Of a stretch of 64,000 nt of DNA, positions 26,917 through 36,648 are shown in pieces; the first letter of the stretch is position 1, and each line of letters opens with the position of its first letter. The DNA is taken from contig JADJKO010000010.1 of the NCBI GenBank assembly GCA_016705955.1, forward strand, positions 6,280 through 70,279. The letters are read 5' to 3'. Position numbers and translations under genes: made by a program. The DNA comes from Flavobacteriales bacterium (GTDB lineage: Bacteria > Bacteroidota > Bacteroidia > Flavobacteriales_F > PHOS-HE28). A model generated the notes under the pieces. That model did no database searches, had not been told where the DNA came from, and saw nothing but the letters and a program-made list of their open reading frames with translations.

Positions 26917-29900
26917 TTATTGCGCCAAGGTGAAGCGCAGGCTGATACCCAAATTGGTGTTGGCGCTCGGGAAGCTGGTGGAGATCACCGGGGTATTCAC
27001 CACGCGCTCATAGAAGGCGCGCACGTTCAGGCGCTGGTTCAGCACGTAGTCCGCGCTTGTCTTGATCGAGAGCACTTTCTGTCCGGCAGTGACCTGGTTC
27101 TGCAACTCCTGCATCTTGCGGATGACCGTGAAGTTGTCGCGTAGGCTCAGGTCCACGCGCAGGTTCAGGTCGCTGTTCGGCTTCACGGCGCCAACCATGA
27201 AGGGCAGCTTCACGTTCTTGAAGCGATAGCCCGTGCCGATCACGTATTCCTGTCCACGAACCTCGGTCACTTGGTAGTTCGTCAGGCCCAAGCTCAGGTT
27301 GCGGTCCCTGTTGTACTCCACCTTGGCGAGCAAGCCGTTCTTCAACGTCCCATCGAAACTCATCAGCGGTCGCATGGACTCCTGCACGGTGATCACCGAG
27401 ATCTGGCGGGCGGGGATGAAGTTGCCGGCGGCATCCACTTCGCTTCCCCCGGGGACATAAAGGAGGTTCGTCTGGAAGTTGGAGATGTTGAAGCTGGAGC
27501 GGTAGCTATGCTTCAGCGTGAAGGTCCGGAACCACTTCGCGAAGAGCGGGATCTTGGTCAACCCATCATAGGTCACGTCCCAGTTCGGGGCGGGCACCAT
27601 CTTGAAGGGATCGAGCTTCATGTTGCTCGCATTCCGCCCGGTGTACGCAGCGAGGAACGCGGGGATCACCACGTCCTGGTTCGTTGGGCCGAAGCCGGTG
27701 TAGAAGCCGGTGTCATCGAGCACCGAGTTGGTGTTGGTGTGGCTCAAGCGTTCGCTGATGATCGGACGGTTCGCAATGAGGTCCTGAAAGACCTGGTTCA
27801 CGAAGTTGCCGTCGTCCTTGGTAAAGGCCGTGCGCCATGTGATCATGCTCACACTGAAACTGCCGAACTCGTTCGGGCTGTCGTTCACGTACTCGCCCAA
27901 GGTGCTGTTCCAGCGGAAGAAGGAACGGCGATTCTCAGCAATGGTGCGGTTCGCATTCATCTCCACCCGCATGCCGCGGAAGGGCTCCAAGGACAAGCGC
28001 GCGTTGATCGTCTCGGTGCGGGTGTTGGTGTATGCGTTGAAGATCGAATTGTTCTGCACGAGCCATCCGTTCTCGGCCGCCGTGCGCGCGAAATCACGGT
28101 TGATGTCGCCACTGAGGTCGTGGTTCTGCTGGCCGGTGACGAAGCCGAAGCCCGGTGCCCCGAAGTTGTCCATCCCGATGATGTTCGTCTTCCGGTCATA
28201 GCCGGGTAACAGCATACCGGAGTTCTGGCTGTACGTCACGGAGCCTGTCCGGATCACCATCATCACGCGGGCAAGGCCTTCCAGGATATTGATGTTGCCG
28301 CCCTTCTGTGGAGGTTCATCCGGCTTGGGTTCTGCTCCGCCACGGGCCGGGGTGGTGGTGGGTTTGCGGCCACTTCCCTTGGCCTTGTCGTTGATCTTCT
28401 TCAACCACTTGCTCTTGTTGTAGAGGCTTACGAAGTTGAACTGCCCGCTCACGGAGATGTTCTGCGAGTTCTGGATCACATGGCCCAGGGTGTCCTGGGT
28501 GAACGGCGCCCGGTCCCACTGGTAACCGGCGGTGTAGGAGGTGTTCGCTGTGATCCAATCGGTGAATGGCAATTTGTCCAACGGCAGTGTGTATGTGAGC
28601 GCGATCGTGTGGTCGTAGCGTGTGACCTCGCCGAATCGTTGGATGCTGGTGAGCACGCTGTCCTTCCACAACTGGTACTCATCCCGGTCGTGCCTCGGAT
28701 TCACACGCCCCGGGGTTTCCCCGATCACCGCCAGGTTGTTCGCGTTGAAATCGAGCTTCAACGATCGCGTGAGGTCGTATTTGAAGCCGTACTGGCTGAT
28801 CCAGTTGAAGTTCTTGTTGTAGGTGGGTGTAGGTGGAAGTGATTCGATATTGGGGTTGGGCCGGACCAGTCGTTCCAGGTATTGGCGATCAACGGAGGTG
28901 CGCATGCTCACCTGCTTGAAACCCATATTCACGTTGAAGTCCTTGATCAGCTTCAACCACTTGCTCTTGCTCACGAAGCCGATGTCCTTGAACGGTTCGA
29001 TCGGCCGCGGCTTCGGGTTGTGCAGGTACGCGAGGGAACCGCGATAGGTCCGCGTGTTCTCGAAGGCCGTGTTCACATCGAAGTATTCCTGGTCGGTGTA
29101 GGCATAGGAAAGGCTCAGGTTCTGCACGTCCCACAAGTGCTCGTCACCACCACCCTGCGCCCGATCGATGCGGACGTTGGTGAAGTTGAGGCTTCGCCTT
29201 CGGGTGTACGTGCGTGATTCCTTCAGGCGTTGTCGTCGCTCATCACGCGATAGCGTTCGCGTCGCATCATTCCATTCAATGTCCGGGTTCAGCGGATCGA
29301 ACTGCGGATTGCTCACCTGCTCCGAGTAACCGATGTACATCGGGATGCGCACGTTGCTGCTCTCGGGCAGGAATTTGCCCATCTCCAGGTTCGCGCTGAT
29401 GTCCACACCGTACTTCGTTTCACGTTGGCGTTCGCTCACGCGCTTGTCGATGCTACCCCAGAACGGTGTGCTGTAGTTCGCGGCGACGCTCACGGTACCG
29501 AGATCGGCGAGCTGCGCGTTCATCCGTGCGATGGCCGCCCACCCTCCGCTCTGATCGAAATCGGTCAATCGCAATTCGTTCACCCACACTTCCAAGCAGC
29601 GCGGAAGACCGTTGTCCGCCGCCCAAGGGTTGGCCTCCTCGCCATCGCGTTTCGGATTGCGGATACCGATCATGATGCTCCGCATCTGGCTCAGGTTCGG
29701 GCTGCCCTTCACGAATACGCGTCGGCTGCCATCGGTGCCCGCATAGCGCAGGTTGCGGGCGTATCCGGCCTGGTCGCGTTGCAGCTTCAGGTCGTTCAGC
29801 TTCGCGAATTCGATGATGAGGTCGTTCGCCTCGGGCCATACGTTGTAAGGGTCCGGATTGAAGAAGGTGGATGGCTGGACGGGCACCTCGTACTCGTAGT

Positions 29901-32900
29901 AGTTCGCGTCGAGGTCATTGCCCAGACGGATGAAGACCGTGGCATCGCCGTAAGTGATCGGGTTGGCCGGGTCGCTGCTCTCCGCGTGGATGAACATGCG
30001 CATCTTCTTGTAGCTCCGGATATCGAAGCTCACGTTGCGGAAGGCGCCGCGCGCATCACCATCGCGCAGGTTGCACACCTTCAACTGGAGCGATTGCTCA
30101 TTGAGGTTGCGCAGGTTGGCACTGGCCACATCGATCTCCTTGTTGATCCCCGGAGGGAGCACGTAGTTGATCGGATAGCGATTGCCGTTCTCCTCCACGT
30201 TCACGGCCGCGACGGAGAAACTCGTGGGGTCGGGGTCCCCGCCGGGAACTTCACCCGGCGATTCCAGGCTCGACTGGTACTTGCGCCATTCACCGCGCAC
30301 GAATTCGAGGCGTGCGAAACGCAGCGTCGCCTCTTGCGACCAACCATGCATGTACATCCGCATGAAGCGGATGCTCCGATAATCCTGGATGCCATTGACC
30401 ACTTCGGTGGGTTGCCGCACCGGAACCTTGAACTGGTACCAGTACACGCGCTTGGTTCCATCCGGCGTGAAGGCTTCACCGAGGATCCGGTCCGTGATGA
30501 AGTTCTGGCCCACCACCATATCCTGCGGGCGCAAGGGGATCTTGTAGTGGAAGTAGCTCTCCCCTTCCGCGAGGTTCTGGTCCAGGTTGATGTCCTCCGT
30601 GGTAGGGATCGTGGTCTGCTGCGTGGGGTAGCTCTCCGGACTATCCTCGTCGGTCACGCTGTTGCCATCCGGGTTGTTGAAGTACTTGTAGCGCTGTAGG
30701 ATGCTGAGTTGTTGTGAATCCTGTTGGTCCCCCCGGAAGTACATGTAATTGTCGCCGCTCGGGTCGTTCTGGATCCGTGCCAGTGCCGTGGGGTTGGTCA
30801 CGTTCGCGGCCGCTGCGGCGAGGAAGGGAGCGAACGAAGCAAAGTTCTTCTCGTTCCGCCCATCGAAGTTCAGCAGGTCGGTGGGCAAGCCATCCAATCC
30901 CACATCCTGGTAGCGGTTGCTGTTCGAGGAGAGCAGGGCGAATGCGTTCACCACATTCTGCGTGGTCGGAACCACACCCCACGCCGTGACGTCCGTTGCT
31001 GCCGCTTGGTCCTGGTCATCCTTCGGCAATCCGTTCTCGAAGGACTTCCGGCCATCGCGCAGCACATCCTCGCTCAGGTTCCCGAGGTCGATGTAGAGAT
31101 AGCCACCGGTGGTGTTGCTTGAACTGCTGTTGCTCGCACCGAACACGCCTTCCTGGAAGGGGTCCATCACCCAGAACTGGATGCTTTCGATGTTGCTGCT
31201 CTCGAAATCCGTGGTGGTGATCCGGCGCATCATACCGCCCCAGTTGTTCTCCGGCGTGGGCAACAGGCCTTGGTCGGTAAGGTCCGGGTTGTAGTTGTAC
31301 GGTCCGCGTTCGTTCGGATAGAAGGAGATGTCCAGAACAGGAATGTTGTTCGGCGTACCTGCAGGAAGTTGGCGGAATGGGAAGACCTCGCGCTCCAACA
31401 CTTCGCGCATGCGGTTGTCCCCGCGCATCACCGAGTTGTTGGCGATGTGGCTCGGCGTAAGGTTGTTCTGCCGGAAGAAGAGCGGATCGATCACATACCA
31501 AGCGATCAAGGCGCGACGATAACCGGTCGAAATGTTGTTCACCAGATTACCTTCCGGGAAAAGGCTGGGCAATCCTTGTGGCGTGCTGGCATGGAACCAC
31601 AGGCTTTGCGTGCGCAGGTCGATCACGCTCACGCTGCCCTCGAAGTCATCGATGTAGCTGGTGCCGCTCTGCCCGATGGCACGGCTGTGGCCGGGGATCA
31701 GGTACGCGCCTTCGATGCTCGCCTGCACGTTGCTCTCCGCCTTGGTGGCATAGAATGGTAAGCGGTCCACCATGGTGGTGAGCCACTGGGACTTGGTCTG
31801 CCAGCTCGCATCCAATCCGATCACCGTGTTCGCGATCGGTTCATCACCCACGTTCACCTTCTGCGTAAGCGGACGCTCGTAGAGGTTCATCACGGTGCCA
31901 CCGATCACGAGGTCGCGATTCACCTTGTAGTCGAAGCGTGCACCCGCGAGTGTGCGCGTTTGGATGCTGAAGAGTGAATTGCTCTCCAGTGCGATGTTCA
32001 CCGGCGTGCCGCTTTCCAGGATTCCTTGGTTCAGGATCCGCACGCGACCGAGGTTGTAATCCACCGTGTAATCCTGGTTCTCGATCAGGCGCACACCACC
32101 GGCGGTGACCACCACGGACCCCTGCGGAATGTTCACGGAGTTCAGACTGATCACATCGCTGCTCGCGCTGCGGTAACTGCCCTTCAACTTGAAGCGGTTC
32201 AACTCGGGCAGGTTCTGCGCGGCGATCTTGGTGCTGTCATAGAGCTGTTGGTACACGATCGTGCGGCGGATATTCTCCGGCTGGATCGGGTTGTTCGGAT
32301 CGGGTCCGATCAGTTGGCGATCAATGTAGGAGCCGAAGGGTTCCAGCACCGGGAAGTAGATGCGCCCCGATTGCGTTTGGATGGTACCACCAGCGGTGGC
32401 CGCGCCGTCCAGGAAGTCGAACCAACCATCCGGATTGGGCGCATTGTTCGGGTCGAGCCGGTCCAAGGCCACGGTCTGCAGCATCGGGATCTGGTCCAGC
32501 GGCGCTCGTGGGATGTAGTTGATGTCCACACCCGTGGTGGGGTTGTTGTAGATCACATCCAACCGGAACTTCTCGCGGTTCACTTGGAAGGCCCCGAGCG
32601 CATAGACGTTCTTCATCATCAGGTCCCACAGCGGAATGCGCGGGTTGGTGATGGTCGCCTTGAGCAACCGGAGCATCAGCGCATCGGGCGGACTGATGCC
32701 ATCCGTACTGAATTCACCCACTTGATAGGTCACACCATTCAGGGTGTACTGGAACGCGACACCGAGTACCTCGTCGTTGTTCAGCGCTTGGTTCAATGTG
32801 ATGAAACCGAGGCGTGGGTTGAAGGAGAATTCGCTCGGCGTGAGCAAGCGTGCGCTTTCCAGCTTTTCGAAGTGGCGCGCGGCGATAAGGCCGAGTGCTT

Positions 32901-34185
32901 GCAAGGCTCCGCTCGCATTCACGAAACTACGGATGCCCGGATTCGCGCTCACCGTCGCATAGAGTGAGTTCGCGCCATTGTTCGCTTCTATGCCAGCCCC
33001 ATCGATCATTAGGCCGGGCGGCAGATCCCCGCTCACTCTTCCCGCCAGGATCGCTTCCGGACTGGCATCCTCGCCGAGATCGGTAAAGGCCACCACGTTC
33101 CGGTTCTGTTGGTAATCCTGCCGTGTGTTGGTCACCCACACTTCCACGCGCGTGATCTGTACCCCGCTGTTCACGGTGGGCAGTGTGCGCAGTGCGTTCT
33201 CGTACTGCTGCCGGAAGAAGTAGCTCAGGAAGTAGTGCTTGTTCGCCTCGTACTCGTCCGCCTTGATGTCGAAGTTGGTGGTCTGTGCGCCTCCTTGGGT
33301 CTGTACGTTGCGCCGCTGCCCTTTCTCCTGGCTGAAGATGGCGGTGGCGGTGAGGCGCCCGAACTTCAGTTGTGTCTTCAGGCCGAACAGGCTCTGGCTT
33401 CCTTGGATCAAGGTGCCGCGCAGCGGTAGGCTCACATTGCCCGCTTCGATCTTCTGGATGATCTCGTCCTCGTACCCGGTGTAGTCCAGCTTCACCTGGT
33501 TCTCGAAATCGAAAGTGGCCTGGGTGTTATAGTTCGTGTTGATCTTCAGCTTTTCCCCGATGCTTCCCACCAGGTTCAACTGGATGCGCTGGTCGAAGTT
33601 GAAAGTGGTCACCCTCCGCTGCGCGACAGGGATCCGTGGGTTGTCCGTCCGGCTGATGTTCAACCCGAAGATCACTTCCGCGGATCCGCGTGGTTTGATG
33701 TCGATCGTATTCCCTCCGAAGATCCGATCGAACATCTTGCCCCGGATCTTGATCTGCGGTATGAGGCTCTTCTGCGCGCTTTCGCTGTCCTGTTCCACCC
33801 GGTCCAGCCAGTAGGTCTGCATGGATCGCTCCATGTCGTAGTTCAGGTACTCGTCCAGACTCATGCTCATGGGCGGCCTGTAATCGAAGGTGCCTCCCAC
33901 GGTGCTCTGCACCACATACTGCCCGGTCACTGGGTCGTAGAGGACGTCGTTCTGGATGTTGTCCGGGTTCTGTAGGTTGATCGCCCCGCCCGGTTGGCCG
34001 CCCGGCGCCAAGGGATCGGTGATCGGCCAAATCAGGTCCACTTCAGGGGTATCCGCTTGAAGAACGAGTACGGTGTAGAACAAGGAACGTCCCTTGGCGT
34101 CATCCGTCGAGAAGGCCATGACCGCCCCGACCACCAGCAACCGGGGGATCAACGACCAATGACGATGGATGCGGAAAAAGGACAT
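26917..34185 (-). CDS. sprA: Cell-surface protein SprA (T9SS translocon / gliding motility)
   Basis: Single 2422-aa ORF with a signal peptide and beta-rich composition; size and sequence match SprA of Bacteroidota. Confidence 0.9.
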   Translation of the reverse strand: MSFFRIHRHWSLIPRLLVVGAVMAFSTDDAKGRSLFYTVLVLQADTPEVDLIWPITDPLAPGGQPGGAINLQNPDNIQNDVLYDPVTGQYVVQSTVGGTFDYRPPMSMSLDEYLNYDMERSMQTYWLDRVEQDSESAQKSLIPQIKIRGKMFDRIFGGNTIDIKPRGSAEVIFGLNISRTDNPRIPVAQRRVTTFNFDQRIQLNLVGSIGEKLKINTNYNTQATFDFENQVKLDYTGYEDEIIQKIEAGNVSLPLRGTLIQGSQSLFGLKTQLKFGRLTATAIFSQEKGQRRNVQTQGGAQTTNFDIKADEYEANKHYFLSYFFRQQYENALRTLPTVNSGVQITRVEVWVTNTRQDYQQNRNVVAFTDLGEDASPEAILAGRVSGDLPPGLMIDGAGIEANNGANSLYATVSANPGIRSFVNASGALQALGLIAARHFEKLESARLLTPSEFSFNPRLGFITLNQALNNDEVLGVAFQYTLNGVTYQVGEFSTDGISPPDALMLRLLKATITNPRIPLWDLMMKNVYALGAFQVNREKFRLDVIYNNPTTGVDINYIPRAPLDQIPMLQTVALDRLDPNNAPNPDGWFDFLDGAATAGGTIQTQSGRIYFPVLEPFGSYIDRQLIGPDPNNPIQPENIRRTIVYQQLYDSTKIAAQNLPELNRFKLKGSYRSASSDVISLNSVNIPQGSVVVTAGGVRLIENQDYTVDYNLGRVRILNQGILESGTPVNIALESNSLFSIQTRTLAGARFDYKVNRDLVIGGTVMNLYERPLTQKVNVGDEPIANTVIGLDASWQTKSQWLTTMVDRLPFYATKAESNVQASIEGAYLIPGHSRAIGQSGTSYIDDFEGSVSVIDLRTQSLWFHASTPQGLPSLFPEGNLVNNISTGYRRALIAWYVIDPLFFRQNNLTPSHIANNSVMRGDNRMREVLEREVFPFRQLPAGTPNNIPVLDISFYPNERGPYNYNPDLTDQGLLPTPENNWGGMMRRITTTDFESSNIESIQFWVMDPFQEGVFGASNSSSSNTTGGYLYIDLGNLSEDVLRDGRKSFENGLPKDDQDQAAATDVTAWGVVPTTQNVVNAFALLSSNSNRYQDVGLDGLPTDLLNFDGRNEKNFASFAPFLAAAAANVTNPTALARIQNDPSGDNYMYFRGDQQDSQQLSILQRYKYFNNPDGNSVTDEDSPESYPTQQTTIPTTEDINLDQNLAEGESYFHYKIPLRPQDMVVGQNFITDRILGEAFTPDGTKRVYWYQFKVPVRQPTEVVNGIQDYRSIRFMRMYMHGWSQEATLRFARLEFVRGEWRKYQSSLESPGEVPGGDPDPTSFSVAAVNVEENGNRYPINYVLPPGINKEIDVASANLRNLNEQSLQLKVCNLRDGDARGAFRNVSFDIRSYKKMRMFIHAESSDPANPITYGDATVFIRLGNDLDANYYEYEVPVQPSTFFNPDPYNVWPEANDLIIEFAKLNDLKLQRDQAGYARNLRYAGTDGSRRVFVKGSPNLSQMRSIMIGIRNPKRDGEEANPWAADNGLPRCLEVWVNELRLTDFDQSGGWAAIARMNAQLADLGTVSVAANYSTPFWGSIDKRVSERQRETKYGVDISANLEMGKFLPESSNVRIPMYIGYSEQVSNPQFDPLNPDIEWNDATRTLSRDERRQRLKESRTYTRRRSLNFTNVRIDRAQGGGDEHLWDVQNLSLSYAYTDQEYFDVNTAFENTRTYRGSLAYLHNPKPRPIEPFKDIGFVSKSKWLKLIKDFNVNMGFKQVSMRTSVDRQYLERLVRPNPNIESLPPTPTYNKNFNWISQYGFKYDLTRSLKLDFNANNLAVIGETPGRVNPRHDRDEYQLWKDSVLTSIQRFGEVTRYDHTIALTYTLPLDKLPFTDWITANTSYTAGYQWDRAPFTQDTLGHVIQNSQNISVSGQFNFVSLYNKSKWLKKINDKAKGSGRKPTTTPARGGAEPKPDEPPQKGGNINILEGLARVMMVIRTGSVTYSQNSGMLLPGYDRKTNIIGMDNFGAPGFGFVTGQQNHDLSGDINRDFARTAAENGWLVQNNSIFNAYTNTRTETINARLSLEPFRGMRVEMNANRTIAENRRSFFRWNSTLGEYVNDSPNEFGSFSVSMITWRTAFTKDDGNFVNQVFQDLIANRPIISERLSHTNTNSVLDDTGFYTGFGPTNQDVVIPAFLAAYTGRNASNMKLDPFKMVPAPNWDVTYDGLTKIPLFAKWFRTFTLKHSYRSSFNISNFQTNLLYVPGGSEVDAAGNFIPARQISVITVQESMRPLMSFDGTLKNGLLAKVEYNRDRNLSLGLTNYQVTEVRGQEYVIGTGYRFKNVKLPFMVGAVKPNSDLNLRVDLSLRDNFTVIRKMQELQNQVTAGQKVLSIKTSADYVLNQRLNVRAFYERVVNTPVISTSFPSANTNLGISLRFTLAQ

Positions 34186-34197
34186 CGGACTACTTTC

Positions 34198-34806
34198 CTA
34201 AAGGTTCTTGAGTGAGAGCTTGATCAGTTCCTCCAAGGGTGGTTGCTCCTCCCGGTCCTGCATCACCTTTTGTAGTGCACGCTCGGCTTTCATGCGGTCC
34301 AGTCCAAGGGAAACCAAGGCCGATAACGCTTCACTCCGCAACGTATTGCCCGCACCTCCAGCTACACCGACCGCCGCGGGGAAGGCACCAGCGACCAGCT
34401 TGCCTTGTAGTTCGGCGATGATCCGCTGTGCCAGCTTCGGACCGATGCCCTTGATCCCGCGCAACATCGCTTCATCGCCTTGCATGATCGCGGTTTGGAT
34501 CTCCTGCACATTGCGTGCGCCCATGATCGCCATACCGATCGTGGCGCTCACGCCCTGCACCTCGATGAGCTTGCGGAATAGTTGTCGCTCACTTCGATCG
34601 CTGAAGCCGAAAAGGCGGTGCTCGCTGGCCCCGGAGCGCACGTCCACGCTCACCGCATAGTGGATATGCAATCGGCAACGCCCCGTCTCCGGTAATCTTC
34701 CGATCACCGCCGTCGGCACATGGACCAGATAGCCCACGCCGTGGCAATCAATGACCACATGGTCAATGCCTTTGTCCAAAAGCTCACCGTTCAGGCTGTC
34801 GATCAT
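34198..34806 (-). CDS. ruvA: Holliday junction DNA helicase RuvA
   Basis: [31 protein letters not shown] aligns to the RuvA N-terminus; HhH motifs [12 protein letters not shown]; ends 13 nt before the sprA start. Confidence 0.85.
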   Translation of the reverse strand: MIDSLNGELLDKGIDHVVIDCHGVGYLVHVPTAVIGRLPETGRCRLHIHYAVSVDVRSGASEHRLFGFSDRSERQLFRKLIEVQGVSATIGMAIMGARNVQEIQTAIMQGDEAMLRGIKGIGPKLAQRIIAELQGKLVAGAFPAAVGVAGGAGNTLRSEALSALVSLGLDRMKAERALQKVMQDREEQPPLEELIKLSLKNL

Positions 34807-34957
34807 CCTGTCCCTTCGGGCCAACGCAATAATTAGAAGGGGGTCGAATCGCTACGATAGGCAGGTGATTGGCAGGGAGGGCTCCCGTTTGAAGGGTCCG
34901 AAAATAAGTGAAAGCCTCGAACGTGCATCCCGTATTGTCAATGGGCTACTTTGCAAC

Positions 34958-35661
34958 ATGGCCAAAGAACGGATCGTGGTGTTCACCGGCGCGGGGATCA
35001 GCGCGGAGAGCGGCCTGCGAACTTTCCGGGATAGCGATGGGTTGTGGGAGGAATACCGGATCGAGGAGGTGGCCACCCCGAAGCGTGGATCGCGGACCCC
35101 GAACGGGTCCTGCGCTTCTATGATCTGAGGCGCGAGCAGGTCATCAAGGCCGAACCGAATACAGCCCACCATGCGATCGCTGCGCTCGAGAAGGGATACC
35201 ATGTTGATGTGGTCACACAGAACATCGATGACCTCCACGAACGCGCCGGAAGCTCCCGTGTACTCCACTTGCATGGCGAGATCCGCAAAGTGCGCAGCAC
35301 CTCCGACCCCGCCCTCATCACGGAATTGAACAGTACGTCCCTTCGTCTCGGTGATCGCTGCGCGCTGGGATCCCAACTACGACCCCATATCGTATGGTTC
35401 GGGGAGGAGGTTCCTGGACTTCCACTAGCGGCTTCACTGGTGGAACGTGCGGATCGGTTGCTCGTGATCGGCACCTCACTTCAGGTCTACCCGGCCGCAG
35501 GGATCATCCATTACGCCAGCCCGGAATGTCCTGTTGTCCTGATCGATCCGAATGCCGTGGACATCCGCCTCGGACGGGTGCTGCACATTCTTGCCACCGC
35601 TACAGCCGGGGTTCCGTCGTTGGTGGATCGGTGGCTGGCCGAAAGCGGTATCAGCGAGTGA
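34958..35661 (+). pseudogene. SIR2-family NAD-dependent protein deacylase, interrupted by an apparent 1-nt deletion
   Basis: N-terminal [36 protein letters not shown] (frame of ORF 34751..35128) continues as [14 protein letters not shown]...VVTQNIDDLHERAGS...HLHGE in ORF 35044..35661; the frames differ by one nucleotide near 35080 (accccg^aagcg). Confidence 0.6.
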
Positions 35662-36400
35662 TCACCAAACGCCGGGTCGTCAACATGCGACCTTGACGTT
35701 CGAGATTAGCGAAGTACACACCAGGAACCAGAACGCCGGTCGGAAGGACCACTCGGCCCTGTCGACCTTGTACCGCAACCTGATGCACCGGTTCGCCAAG
35801 GACGTTATACAGAACGACGCGGGTGCCGACCTGGTTCCTATCCAGGTTGAAGGAGACTTGGACATCCTGGCCATCACTCGGACTCGGCCAAATGGACAAT
35901 CCGTTCGTGTTGTTCAACTCTTCAAGACCCACAAAGCCGCAGTGGTCCAAGTCCACCCAACTGCTATCCGGTCCGTTGGGGTTGGCCGTATCGAACCACA
36001 CGAACCGGAACCGGCTCGTGGTGCTCGTGTTCCCCATGGGTTGATAGTACGCATGGAAATTGTTGTAGGAAATGGCAGGAGCCATATCTACAGCGTCCTG
36101 TGATAACCACGTCGGGTGCGTCCCCGAGGAAACCGGGAGATTGCACACCCCCCAGCAAAAGAAATCGAAACTCCCGGCAACCGGCCACACCTCGTAACGG
36201 CGAACATTCACAGTGCGGGCGGTACCCCCGGACAGGGTGGTGAACAGACTCACCGTATCCGTGCTGGACGGGCAGGGTGAGAAGATCACCGTACCGTTCA
36301 CATTGTGGCCATCTTCGTCTGTTAGGCTCACAATGCCTTGAGCGTTTGTTGAGAATGCGAACAGGGTGGCGGCAACGACCTGGAGGTAACGCTTTGTCAT
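35651..36400 (-). CDS. T9SS type A sorting domain-containing secreted protein
   Basis: Signal peptide MTKRYLQVVAATLFAFSTNAQ; C-terminal about 80 aa (…RVVLYNVLGEPVHQV…GVYFANLERQGRMLTTRRLVI) matches the Por/T9SS C-terminal sorting domain. Confidence 0.65.
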   Translation of the reverse strand: MTKRYLQVVAATLFAFSTNAQGIVSLTDEDGHNVNGTVIFSPCPSSTDTVSLFTTLSGGTARTVNVRRYEVWPVAGSFDFFCWGVCNLPVSSGTHPTWLSQDAVDMAPAISYNNFHAYYQPMGNTSTTSRFRFVWFDTANPNGPDSSWVDLDHCGFVGLEELNNTNGLSIWPSPSDGQDVQVSFNLDRNQVGTRVVLYNVLGEPVHQVAVQGRQGRVVLPTGVLVPGVYFANLERQGRMLTTRRLVITR

Positions 36401-36648
36401 TCGCTTCGTGTTTTCTATATTGGGGCTTATCGTCCCAAGGGCCAAAACTAACCACCCCGAAAGTGACGTGTTACCCACAGCGTTGCTTTTCAAGGTCATT
36501 AGGATCCCAACAGCACCTTGGATCGGTCCTTTCTGCGAAGTGACGAGCAACTAAGTTCGGCCATTCGGAAGGTCTAAGAACGACGGAGTCCTGTCATGAC
36601 CGAAGCCTTCTGTTCAACTCAAAATACCAGAAACCAACTCCCCGCCAC

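Noticed and set aside
27271-32967. Several long plus-strand ORFs (27271..28209, 29425..30699, 32026..32967 and others) lying antisense within sprA
   Set aside because: They fully overlap a very well-supported 2422-aa gene on the opposite strand in ~62% GC DNA where long antisense ORFs arise by chance; their composition is His/Arg/Val-rich and matches no protein family.
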